The notes: generated by a model not told the origin, from the letters alone. Numbered from the stretch's first letter, positions 18,440 through 27,801 are shown. The stretch: DNA of 64,000 nucleotides from Candidatus Kerfeldbacteria bacterium (GCA_016214565.1 JACROE010000002.1:119654-183653), one strand, 5' to 3'. Program-made: numbers and translations.

Positions 18440-20065
18440 TTACTTAAGAAATGGGAACTGAATGGTATCCCTTATTTCCAAATAAACACCCAGCAAATCA
18501 TCATAGAACTCAAAATTTGTATAATAAACTATCATTTGATCATCAAAAATTGGAAAACATGTATAAGCAGCAACATCTGTTGTGCCATTATTTCCAATCA
18601 AATATTCCGCTTCAATCCCCGACACACTAATAGTTTCAGTGGTTGACAGACTTTTTACTGATACATTTGCCCAAGCAATTGCTTTGCATTGGTCAAAAAG
18701 TGGCGATGATAAATCATAAGGCTTTACAATGAACTCAATTTGGCGCGCATGATTCTTCTTCAAATTTTCAGTATCGCCTAAGAAAATTCGCGTATCTCTC
18801 CCTATTTGCCAGCTTGCTGGATGATAGAAATTAATGATTACTGACCTGAAATCAGAATAATATTGATCCCAATCCTTATATTGGGGGATAGATGCCGCAT
18901 ACCCAGGTGTCATAACGGTAATGCTCTCGGCTATGCGTAAAAATATTTGCTCGAGTTGTTGATGATTTTCAACATTTGCCCAGCCATCCAACATAAACCA
19001 CCTTCCATCTTTTATAAATCCAATTTGCGTATGATAGGATTCCCGCTTCGCAATACTCCACTTATCTAACGCTACATAACCATTAACGCCGGAAATGACG
19101 CCCTGACTTTGAAATGTCTCTGGATCCCACCACGTTGAAGGTGGTTCAAACTCCCAAGCTTCAATACCAACTGACATTCCTTGCTTGGTAATATGACTAC
19201 TCCACGGACTGGTACCATCGTCTCCAACAACTAAATCAGAACTTTGCGCTACCTTTCTATCATATGAATAGATGTGAGTTGACCCGGCTTCGAGGGTCCA
19301 ATTGCCAGGATATTCGTATGAATATTCACCTCCGGCGGAAATATATTTCTGCCAGGTGCCATTCAATGCTTCATCAATTAGTTCTTGACTCTCACGGTAG
19401 CTGGTTGATCCAGCGGCGGTATTTATTTTTTCATTCGTGTTGAGTGGCTGAGTTGCTTCGTTAACCAGTACCGAAGGCTTAATTTCTGAATAAACTTCAA
19501 ACCGATAAATAACATCCTCTTCCTCTTGTAGCGAAGTATTTGCCGTAACCACGGTAAAAATGTTACCACGGGGTATCAGATAATAATGCCTCATTGTCGT
19601 CCCCACTTCGACACTCGCATGTCGGCCGATAATATGGCCAACCTGGAACTCCTCCCAGGAGGAAATATCAATACTTTCAGACTCATACAAATAGTCTTTC
19701 AATTCACTCTCGCTCAGATTTGCTTGATCAACGATGATATACATAAATCCATCCGCCTGCTTGACCCCAATACTATTAATCACGTTACCAAGAAACATAC
19801 TACTACGATTATCAGAATAATCTTTGATAGCTAACTCTTTGGGATAATAAAACCGATATCCAAATGTATCATTCTGATATATGGCATAATCAACTTTTTC
19901 TGCCTCTGGTATCACTATAGTTGAGTCCTTGATGTTCGGCTGGACTGCCACAACTTCGATATCCCTACTCCCCCGCTCAGTGACCACTGCCACGGTCAGC
20001 ATTAAGATGGAAATCAAAGAAATGGCGATAACAGCCACGATGTGAACAAAGCCTCGCTGATTCAT
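18440..20065 (-). CDS. secreted or anchored protein with conserved RGF N-terminus (541 aa)
   Basis: N-terminus MNQRGFVHIVAVIAISLISILML, paralogous to the N-termini at 17568 and 20948. Confidence 0.55.
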   Translation of the reverse strand: MNQRGFVHIVAVIAISLISILMLTVAVVTERGSRDIEVVAVQPNIKDSTIVIPEAEKVDYAIYQNDTFGYRFYYPKELAIKDYSDNRSSMFLGNVINSIGVKQADGFMYIIVDQANLSESELKDYLYESESIDISSWEEFQVGHIIGRHASVEVGTTMRHYYLIPRGNIFTVVTANTSLQEEEDVIYRFEVYSEIKPSVLVNEATQPLNTNEKINTAAGSTSYRESQELIDEALNGTWQKYISAGGEYSYEYPGNWTLEAGSTHIYSYDRKVAQSSDLVVGDDGTSPWSSHITKQGMSVGIEAWEFEPPSTWWDPETFQSQGVISGVNGYVALDKWSIAKRESYHTQIGFIKDGRWFMLDGWANVENHQQLEQIFLRIAESITVMTPGYAASIPQYKDWDQYYSDFRSVIINFYHPASWQIGRDTRIFLGDTENLKKNHARQIEFIVKPYDLSSPLFDQCKAIAWANVSVKSLSTTETISVSGIEAEYLIGNNGTTDVAAYTCFPIFDDQMIVYYTNFEFYDDLLGVYLEIRDTIQFPFLK

Positions 20066-20094
20066 ATATTTGTATTAGTGATTACCCTCTTATG

Positions 20095-20988
20095 TTACCA
20101 AAAATATGCCGTGATGTAACTAGTGACGGCCGGGATTGAGGTATCACCGGTCACGTCCACCGTATCCAGGGAATCCAATATTTGTACGTGGCCAACTCGG
20201 CGCTCATGGAGGTAATGGAAAAGTACCGACAAACTGGCCGGCGAATCAACATAGATACCTTTGGTCGTCTCCGGATCCATAGTTTTCAGCAGTTCAATGC
20301 TGGCCGCGTTCTGCAGCATAGCCTGCCGATGATTTACATTGTGCGCGAAATCCACGCTGACTAGCACCAGACTATTTTCCGGCAACCGCTGCGCCAGCCA
20401 ATCCCCCAGCTGTGTCAGCTCCTCCGCTGACGTATGCTGCTGGATAGTAATCGGTACGATACTGGCTCGAGGGAAACTGCGACGGATAAAAGCCACTTCA
20501 GAAGTGATGGAATGCTCCACGTCAAAGAGCGACTCATCAATCGTAACCACGCCATCGGCTGCCATCGATTCTATGATGGGCGTGTGCGGATATAATATCC
20601 CGTAAGGCGTGTACCAACTGCCCACCGAGGTGGCGATATGGTAATCACTGCGATTTAAATGGTCAGGTCCGATGAGCACAATGACTTCCGGGGATTGGAC
20701 TGATTCAATCCCCTGAAAAAATTCCGCGATCACATGTGAGGCGATCAAATGATGCGGGATAATGCCGCCGCGAACCATCCCCTCTGGCGCAGGTGGCGTA
20801 TTACGCGTATACGCCAGATCAAAGAATTCTTGCTCCACGAAGAATGACCGGTGCACCACGGTGGATGCTGGCCGGCCATTCACTGCATTACTAAAATATA
20901 TGGCGCTGCCGATCAGGAATAGACTGATACTAAGAATGATAACAACCTTAGCGTAACGCACCGCCCCATTCGACAACAGTAAATCCAT
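20095..20988 (-). CDS. MEMO1/AmmeMemoRadiSam-B family protein with N-terminal TM anchor
   Basis: GGIIPHH...GPDH...SVDFAHN motifs match the Memo/LigB-like fold; start taken at ATG 20988 (the ORF-track start 21021 overlaps the upstream gene by more); hydrophobic N-terminus AKVVIILSISLFLIGSAIYF. Confidence 0.55.
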   Translation of the reverse strand: MDLLLSNGAVRYAKVVIILSISLFLIGSAIYFSNAVNGRPASTVVHRSFFVEQEFFDLAYTRNTPPAPEGMVRGGIIPHHLIASHVIAEFFQGIESVQSPEVIVLIGPDHLNRSDYHIATSVGSWYTPYGILYPHTPIIESMAADGVVTIDESLFDVEHSITSEVAFIRRSFPRASIVPITIQQHTSAEELTQLGDWLAQRLPENSLVLVSVDFAHNVNHRQAMLQNAASIELLKTMDPETTKGIYVDSPASLSVLFHYLHERRVGHVQILDSLDTVDVTGDTSIPAVTSYITAYFW

Positions 20989-23191
20989 CGCGTGCTGGCG
21001 TCCGTATTTCCAGCGGCTCAACGGTAATCGGTTTGTCCAGGCCCTGATAATCCATGAAGACGCGGATAACGCTGTCTGGCCGCGGTGACACAGTCAGTGG
21101 CGCCAGGGTGTCGAAGACCGCCTGGTCAACGAAGGTCACGAAGTAGTACGGCTGCTGCTGCATGCGGGGCACCCAGAACTTTATGAAGTCAGCTGATTCT
21201 TTTTCATTCAATCCGAGCAAGGCTAATTTCTCCTCAAGGAATGACCCAACATCCGCTCGCGCTACCACGAAGCCTTTTTCTGGCGTGACGTAATTAATCC
21301 CCTTTCCTTCCCAGAAGAGATAGGGATAAGTGAGGCCGTCAGCGTAATCTAACGTGCCATCAGGATGCGCAATCACGTTCCATCCACCCACGGGATATAA
21401 TGGATCAGTGATGGAGAACCCGCCATTGGGATCAACTTGCACATTCACCTCCATCGTGGACTGCGGGTACAGGTAAATCACGGGTTTGCCACACTCGACG
21501 GCTGGTAAATAAGTTACCCGAGTAAACCGCACCCAGTGATCCAACGGGTCTTTCCAGAAGAACATCGGACGGTCGGCCACGAAATCATCATAGTCCATCT
21601 TTTCTTCCTGGTAGGGGGCGTAATACATATCATACGCGGACTTCAGTATTTGAGCATCGGTATCCTTAAACGTATATACCTTGTCCCCTGATGACGTCGT
21701 GCCCATCACTTTCAGCGCGCTGATGCCGCCTAATTCTTCCTCGGTATACATGGCGTGGCACGAGGTGGAGCCGCACCCGCCGGCTGGCTCACTGAAAGTG
21801 TACTCATCGTCATTGGTCGTGCCGTCGCTCCAGGTAATCGCGGGGACGGACTGATTTGTTCCAACAGAATATTCGCGTTCCGTAAAATCACGGATGAAAT
21901 CAAGTTTGAGATGATACAGCTTCACCGTGCCATCATCGCGCACGATCAGGTAGCAATCGTCCGCCGGGTCAAAGAATACCGAACCCAAATCGTCATCTTT
22001 AAACGCTTCGCGGGCCTCGGCATGATCAGTATAAAATTCGTTAGTATCAAAAGCTTCAGCTACCAAATCAACATCGCTATTGGGGATATCGATCTCTTCT
22101 GGCGTCACCAGATCGGGAATGGTCGAGCCAATATCATAAGTGAATTTTGAACCGAGATATGACAGATTGTCTGAATATTTCTCGAGGTAGACAAACGTCT
22201 TAGCCGTCTCGTCAAATACCACTCGATACAGATTTGGATAGAATGCCGGACCCTCAGGCCACTCGAGAATAACGACGAGCGCGTCTCCCTCGTACCGGCC
22301 ATTAGTGATTTGCCCCACGTCATAGTAGAATCGCCGGGTATACAGTGACCCGCTGCTGGTTATAACTGGATCAATCAGATTTAATTCTAGTGGTGACTCG
22401 CGCCAAATCACTTCGAGCTCATATCCTTGGCTAGCGGCAATGGCGGTGGTCTTGGTTTCAGCAGGTATGGTAATCAAGGGTAGTGGATCGATGAACCGGA
22501 AACTTTTCCAAATAGTATTGATTGTTCCGCTAACCAGCGCTAGATCGGGCGCATAACCATGAAAAGCAAATTCATACACCCGCTCATCGCCGGCGATAAA
22601 CGCCCAGACCGTCGTGTAGTCGCTGGTATTTTGGGATACGTCCAGCACGATAATCTCGCCTTCAGTACCCTCTATCGTTTTTGGTTCATTGAAGACATAT
22701 TCATCCGCGAATGTCTCTTGATATTTGCTCACCCACGTTGCCAGACTGTCATTGCTCGCATTCTTATGATAGATGACATCTCCGCTGACCCTACTCTCAC
22801 CCTGCGCAATACCATTGACCCATAATAAATAATCATTGTCATTGACGCCCATACTGGAGGAGCCATCATCCCAATCGCTGGGAATATCGATGGCGATTCC
22901 GTGATCAGCCTTCTGATAGGTAATCGTCTGCCAACCGTCAGCCGCCGCAGTGGTGGTCGTATCATGAGGCGCAATATTCACCGGCTCAAGATCAACCACA
23001 TAATTTGCATTATCCGCTAAATACGGATCCTGTGACTGGGGGCCATTGGTTATCGTTATGTTCTGCGATCCACCGTCATTATCCTCAGTATCATTGTACT
23101 CTACGTACCAGGCCGCACCCACCATGACGATTGCTACCAGGACAATGGCAATAACCGGAACAAAATAGACAAAGCCCCGTTGATCTTTCAT
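20948..23191 (-). CDS. large secreted or anchored protein with conserved RGF N-terminus (747 aa)
   Basis: N-terminus MKDQRGFVYFVPVIAIVLVAIVMV; no recognised catalytic motifs. Confidence 0.55.
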   Translation of the reverse strand: MKDQRGFVYFVPVIAIVLVAIVMVGAAWYVEYNDTEDNDGGSQNITITNGPQSQDPYLADNANYVVDLEPVNIAPHDTTTTAAADGWQTITYQKADHGIAIDIPSDWDDGSSSMGVNDNDYLLWVNGIAQGESRVSGDVIYHKNASNDSLATWVSKYQETFADEYVFNEPKTIEGTEGEIIVLDVSQNTSDYTTVWAFIAGDERVYEFAFHGYAPDLALVSGTINTIWKSFRFIDPLPLITIPAETKTTAIAASQGYELEVIWRESPLELNLIDPVITSSGSLYTRRFYYDVGQITNGRYEGDALVVILEWPEGPAFYPNLYRVVFDETAKTFVYLEKYSDNLSYLGSKFTYDIGSTIPDLVTPEEIDIPNSDVDLVAEAFDTNEFYTDHAEAREAFKDDDLGSVFFDPADDCYLIVRDDGTVKLYHLKLDFIRDFTEREYSVGTNQSVPAITWSDGTTNDDEYTFSEPAGGCGSTSCHAMYTEEELGGISALKVMGTTSSGDKVYTFKDTDAQILKSAYDMYYAPYQEEKMDYDDFVADRPMFFWKDPLDHWVRFTRVTYLPAVECGKPVIYLYPQSTMEVNVQVDPNGGFSITDPLYPVGGWNVIAHPDGTLDYADGLTYPYLFWEGKGINYVTPEKGFVVARADVGSFLEEKLALLGLNEKESADFIKFWVPRMQQQPYYFVTFVDQAVFDTLAPLTVSPRPDSVIRVFMDYQGLDKPITVEPLEIRTPARDGFTVVEWGGALR

Positions 23192-23209
23192 ATAATAATT
23201 ATTCAGTAA

Positions 23210-23815
23210 TTAAATATCACTAAAAACTTTTTGGCAAAAACCACTGACACAGGCTGCGGTGTAATCCTCATTGTCATTGTCAGGGCATTGCGGTGGCGAA
23301 TATTGCGGGCAGAGCACGGCCGCGCATGCCCCGGTGGCTATCTCAGCGAGCGCTTCATAGGCCGCGCCGCTGACCGCCATATAATCATCACTTGAGTAAT
23401 CAGTGCACGTCGGCGCAGCACAGCAGTCGCTTGAATCATGCGTCACATCCACCAAACGGCAACCCGTATCGCTGGTACACTGAGTCGAGGCCTCACCGTT
23501 TGCAGTCGTGACCATAGTCGCGCTATTGGTATTCGCATTAGTATTTGACAATGTCGGATACTCGCAGTCCGCCGGGCAATAATGCGTTATACACGGCTGG
23601 CACAGAGCTTCGTCAGTGCACTCGCTCGGTACGCATGTCTGCTCTGTTACCGAACAAATGTCATCACCACAAACAACCGTACTGACCACCTCGGATCCGT
23701 CACCCGGCTCAAAAAGATAACTGAACAGTACGGCATTTAACGCTACCAGCGTGATGAATACCAAGGCAAGCCACGTGATGACGTGCCGTTTATGATGCTG
23801 ATCCCCCGTCGTCAT
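23210..23815 (-). CDS. cysteine-rich secreted protein (201 aa, about 22 Cys)
   Basis: N-terminal TM anchor; N/T-rich linker; many CxxC and CC pairs. Confidence 0.5.
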   Translation of the reverse strand: MTTGDQHHKRHVITWLALVFITLVALNAVLFSYLFEPGDGSEVVSTVVCGDDICSVTEQTCVPSECTDEALCQPCITHYCPADCEYPTLSNTNANTNSATMVTTANGEASTQCTSDTGCRLVDVTHDSSDCCAAPTCTDYSSDDYMAVSGAAYEALAEIATGACAAVLCPQYSPPQCPDNDNEDYTAACVSGFCQKVFSDI

Positions 23816-23830
23816 ACAAAAATTATAATA

Positions 23831-24400
23831 TTAATCGCCGACGTACGTTTCGGCAGCCACATACACGTTCCAAGTGGCTTTCCCACCAGGTACGTAGACT
23901 GATGCCCCAGCTGCTCCCGTCATCTGCGCGGTTTCAATGACCACGGTGTACGCCTGGACTGTGTCACCATCTATGGTTCTAGCCTCAGCAAACGTGTACG
24001 TCGCAGTTTTCGCGTCTTCACTGAAGGAAATGGTGGCCGGCACCTTCTCCTCAACCCCCTGTAGTACATAGAAATTTTCCTGGCTGATCGTCGTCGAATC
24101 AATCGGTTCGCTAAACGTAATCGTAACCGCCGATAACTCGTCCACCGTGCTACCTGCCTGCGGCGTCGCATCCACCAGGGCAATATCAGACCGGCGATTA
24201 GCATTCACCGTATTGGCGTTACCATTGACCGTCGGTGCTTCTGCCGGACTGACAAACACCACATAAAAAGCAATGATAAAACCAATAACCACAATGGTAC
24301 CGACGCCAAGCCATAATTTGAGTTTAGCCTGACGGACTGGATCCGGTGCTGGTTTCGTATTCATAGCCATGCTCATAGTATACCAAAAACCGCGCGGCAA
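23831..24400 (-). CDS. membrane-anchored protein with an Ig-like (Big/SbsA-like) extracellular domain
   Basis: TM segment LGVGTIVVIGFIIAFYVVFV, then a β-rich domain with a TITFSEPID-type motif; the start may be the internal Met at 24376. Confidence 0.45.
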   Translation of the reverse strand: MPRGFWYTMSMAMNTKPAPDPVRQAKLKLWLGVGTIVVIGFIIAFYVVFVSPAEAPTVNGNANTVNANRRSDIALVDATPQAGSTVDELSAVTITFSEPIDSTTISQENFYVLQGVEEKVPATISFSEDAKTATYTFAEARTIDGDTVQAYTVVIETAQMTGAAGASVYVPGGKATWNVYVAAETYVGD

Positions 24401-24432
24401 CGCACCACGCGATTTCCTGCAATATAAAAACC

Positions 24433-25248
24433 CTACTCAGCTCGATTGAAGCTCCAGAATGCCAAAATGAACATAACCATACCAAAAGCAATAATAATAC
24501 CCATATCCATGCTAGCACTGTGGTTGATGATGCTATCCCGCAGCTGCTGCGGTGCGTCGCTAAAGACGATATTGCGCAAACCGTCCACGGCATAGGTCAA
24601 TGGATTCACCGTAGACAAAATCTCCATCCATTTCGGCACATTGGTCAGTGAAAAAAATGCGCCGGACAGAAACATCATGGGGAAAAAAAGAAACTGGAAA
24701 ACGAATTGGAAACCTTCGGCATTGCGCATGCGCGAAGCGATGAAGAGCCCCAATGCCGTCACGGCAAACGATAAGAGGAAGGAAAAGAAAAGAATGCCGG
24801 GAATGGTTGACCAAACGATTTCTAGCCCGAAGATCGGCGACAACACAATCAAGAGAATTGCTTGAAATAAACCAATCACAATGCCGGACAAAATCTTTCC
24901 AAACATTATTGATGCGCGCGAGACCGGTGCCACCAATATTTCTTTGAGGAATCCAAATTCTCGGTCAGTCACGATGGAGATGGAGGTATTGAGAGCCACG
25001 CCAAGCGTCGTCGTAGCAATAATCCCAGGAAACATAAATTGAACAAAATTAAAGCCAACCCCCGGCCCCCCACTCATATTGAGAGTTGCCTCAAGCCCAA
25101 CGCCAAAAATGCCAAGAAAGATTACCGGCTGCATCACCGAGCCAATGATACGCGCCTTATCTCGAAAAAAGCGCAGGATGTCACGGATAAAAATATTTCT
25201 CACCGAGCGGAGTTCAAGCGCAAAACCGGTTGTATAGTTTGTATGCAT
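24433..25248 (-). CDS. ABC-2 type transporter permease
   Basis: Six TM helices, ABC-2 family signature, directly downstream of the ATPase gene. Confidence 0.85.
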   Translation of the reverse strand: MHTNYTTGFALELRSVRNIFIRDILRFFRDKARIIGSVMQPVIFLGIFGVGLEATLNMSGGPGVGFNFVQFMFPGIIATTTLGVALNTSISIVTDREFGFLKEILVAPVSRASIMFGKILSGIVIGLFQAILLIVLSPIFGLEIVWSTIPGILFFSFLLSFAVTALGLFIASRMRNAEGFQFVFQFLFFPMMFLSGAFFSLTNVPKWMEILSTVNPLTYAVDGLRNIVFSDAPQQLRDSIINHSASMDMGIIIAFGMVMFILAFWSFNRAE

Positions 25249-25252
25249 AGTA

Positions 25253-26242
25253 TTAACGTCTAAATCCTCTGGTTCTTAAAAATCGTTTCGATTTTTCAGC
25301 AGCACTCGGCGCTTCATCCCGAATTTTTGAACCAGTGAGTTTGATAAACACATCATCCAAGGTCGGCTGTTGAAGCGCAATGCTCAATACTTTCTGCGGC
25401 AACTCACGCACCAATTTTGGCAATACCTCATTGCCATCTTTAACCACCGCAACTACCTGGTCATCTTCGATCCGCACATTTTCTGAAAAATGCGCCTTAG
25501 TATAATCCAATGCCGCAGCGTTATCATCTGTTTTCAAACTAATGATATCTCCGCCTACGCCTTCTTTCAGCTGAGTGGGGGTATCCAACGCTACGATCGT
25601 ACCATGGTCAATCACGGCGATCCGATCGCAATACTCCGCCTCATTGAGATAATGGGTGGTCATAAAGAGGGTAATTCGCTCCTGTTTGGCAATTTTCAAT
25701 ATGTACTGCCACATAGTGGCACGGGTTTGGGGATCGAGGCCGATCGTCGGCTCATCGAGGAATAATATTTTCGGATAATGCAGCATGCCACGCACGATTT
25801 CTAAGCGACGTTTCATCCCGCCCGAAAAATCGCGCACCGGTTTCTTTGCCCGATCTTTCAAATCAACTAATTCGAGTAGCTCATCCACTCGGGGTTTATA
25901 AATACTGGAGGGTACTCCATAAAATTCCGCATGGAACCGTAGATTTTCATACGCGCTTAATTCTTCGTCCAAAGTAGGCTCCTGGAACACCATGCCGATG
26001 GATTTCCTGACAGCGATCCGATCAGTCTTGACCGAGTACCCGGCAATGCGGGCCTCACCGCTGGTTGGTTTCAGTAACGTAGAGAGCATCTTTATCGTCG
26101 TCGTCTTCCCTGCGCCATTGGGGCCAAGAAAACCAAATACCTCCCCCTCTTTCACCGTGAAACTAACCCCCTTCACTGCTTGGAAATCCCCAAAAAATCG
26201 AACCAAGTCGCTTACTTCAATAATTGTATTCGCTTCATTCAT
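25253..26242 (-). CDS. ABC transporter ATP-binding protein (DrrA-like)
   Basis: Walker A GPNGAGKTT, signature FSGGMKRRLEI, Walker B LFLDEPT. Confidence 0.9.
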   Translation of the reverse strand: MNEANTIIEVSDLVRFFGDFQAVKGVSFTVKEGEVFGFLGPNGAGKTTTIKMLSTLLKPTSGEARIAGYSVKTDRIAVRKSIGMVFQEPTLDEELSAYENLRFHAEFYGVPSSIYKPRVDELLELVDLKDRAKKPVRDFSGGMKRRLEIVRGMLHYPKILFLDEPTIGLDPQTRATMWQYILKIAKQERITLFMTTHYLNEAEYCDRIAVIDHGTIVALDTPTQLKEGVGGDIISLKTDDNAAALDYTKAHFSENVRIEDDQVVAVVKDGNEVLPKLVRELPQKVLSIALQQPTLDDVFIKLTGSKIRDEAPSAAEKSKRFLRTRGFRR

Positions 26243-26514
26243 GATTTCTTTTTAGTAATTTTCTTTAATTGTTTAACTGACGCTTGCGCCTGCTTCAAAT
26301 GTGATTCGAATAGGGTAATCATTGAACCGGCGTCCTGCTCGCGGATGAGACCAATGATTGAATTATGTTTCGTGAAAACAATCAATGAATCCCCTGGCTT
26401 AATTCCCAATTGTTTGCGCAGTTTCGCTGGTATAACAATCTGCCCCTGGCTGGCAACGGTGACCGAACCGTGGATTTCAGGGCTGATGTGATGAGTAAGT
26501 GGATGGGTAACCAT
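26239..26514 (-). CDS. AbrB/MazE/SpoVT-family DNA-binding protein
   Basis: Looped-hinge helix motif GQIVIPAKLRKQLGIKPGDSL; 4-bp overlap (ATGA) with the ABC ATPase gene. Confidence 0.7.
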   Translation of the reverse strand: MVTHPLTHHISPEIHGSVTVASQGQIVIPAKLRKQLGIKPGDSLIVFTKHNSIIGLIREQDAGSMITLFESHLKQAQASVKQLKKITKKKS

Positions 26515-26518
26515 CGGT

Positions 26519-26547
26519 ATCTATAGAATTATATATATTCTATAGAT
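26519..26547. promoter_or_regulatory. 10-bp-arm inverted repeat ATCTATAGAA-N9-TTCTATAGAT at the abrB-like promoter (candidate operator)
   Basis: Perfect inverted repeat 5 bp upstream of the start codon; the spacer TTATATATA is -10-like. Confidence 0.45.
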
Positions 26548-26721
26548 AGGATACTCCCCGACTGCCTGCCTGTCAAGTACGACAAAATCAGCGCTGTAGA
26601 AAAGCGCCTGATGAATACGTTTGCTACCACATACAATCGTTACTCCCCGCAGCCACAGCTACCGCCGCACGGGCAGTCACCGCCGCAGCACTGAAGTCCA
26701 CGGATATGCATCAAAATAATA

Positions 26722-27801
26722 CTATTCATGGTTATCTGATTCATGGATGGATGTGACCGCTGCCGGTGTCTCTTGGCCATTGCCATTCACCGGGATAGCG
26801 TCTACCTTTTTTGCAAACATGGTTTCCCCGAGAGTCAAACCAAATCGGGATAAGTAGAACAACCCGATGCCGACCTTAACGAGATCAACAGAACGAAATA
26901 TTAGACTAAAAACAACACCTTGCTCAGCTGGATACCCAATCAAAGTAAAAATCAACGCCAGTCCAGTTTCAGTAGAGCCGATTGAGCCCGGGATTGGCAA
27001 AAGGAAAGTGATGACCGTTAACGTTGAAATCAAAATGATGTCCAGAAATGACGTACTCATGCCGATAAACCGGGTAATCAGCCACATGGCGGTCAGGGTA
27101 GACAAACCGCCCGCGATTGATAACCCAATTCCCTGCCAAAATACCCGAGTATGATTTTTGAAAAACTCAACAATAATCTGCTCAAAGTTCGCAATTTTCT
27201 GCATGGCTTTTGCCATGAAAGAAAAACGATGCAACTGTACAAATCGAATGATGCCACCAAAAAAATGTCGACGAGTCAGTGTACGATAATAAAAGAGTCC
27301 AAGTAAAAAGATAAAAGTGCCACTCACCGCAATCAGACCTAATACGATCTTTGCAGACAAATCAAAATAGATGAGGGCATAAAAAATGCTAAAAACCAAA
27401 AAAGGCAACGCATAAGAAAAATCCATCACTTTGTCCAAAATGATCGAAGCAAGCCCCTGCGCCATAGGCACACCGGTCCCCTTTTTCAAAACAAGGGCGC
27501 GAATCGCTTCACCGCCAATATTCGGTGACGGAGTAAGATAGTCACCGGCAAAACCGACGAGCCGAGAAGCGAACAGCTTCTGGGTAGGAATATCATACCC
27601 CTGACTTTTCAAAATCAAATGCCAGCGATACAGCGTAACGTAGAGTGCCAGGGAATAAAAAAAGACGATGACAAGCCATTTCCAGAGCGTGAATGATTGG
27701 ACGGCAATGAATATCGAATCCCAGCCTAACCGCCAAAAAACGCCGACAAATAATGCGATGCCGACCAGTAAGGAAATACCAAAGAATATTATTTTCTTCA
27801 T
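26722..27801 (-). CDS. flippase-like/LPG-synthase-TM (UPF0104) family membrane protein
   Basis: About 8 TM helices; resembles the TIGR00374 flippase-like domain from memory. Confidence 0.5.
   Translation of the reverse strand: MKKIIFFGISLLVGIALFVGVFWRLGWDSIFIAVQSFTLWKWLVIVFFYSLALYVTLYRWHLILKSQGYDIPTQKLFASRLVGFAGDYLTPSPNIGGEAIRALVLKKGTGVPMAQGLASIILDKVMDFSYALPFLVFSIFYALIYFDLSAKIVLGLIAVSGTFIFLLGLFYYRTLTRRHFFGGIIRFVQLHRFSFMAKAMQKIANFEQIIVEFFKNHTRVFWQGIGLSIAGGLSTLTAMWLITRFIGMSTSFLDIILISTLTVITFLLPIPGSIGSTETGLALIFTLIGYPAEQGVVFSLIFRSVDLVKVGIGLFYLSRFGLTLGETMFAKKVDAIPVNGNGQETPAAVTSIHESDNHE

Noticed and set aside
17568-23191. Canonical bacterial type IV pilin or pseudopilin assignment for the RGF-anchored proteins
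   Set aside because: Position +5 after the Gly is V or P, not Glu, and the FTLIE core is absent. They are described only as class-III-like, and no pilus-assembly genes (PilB, PilC, PilM) are in the window.
26640-26700. Interpreting CCGCAGCCACAGCTACCGCCGCACGGGCAGTCACCGCCGCAGC as a terminator hairpin
   Set aside because: The repeat units are direct (TGCGGCGGT x2 on the minus strand), not inverted, so no stable stem forms. It is reported instead as a possible Cys-rich mini-ORF.
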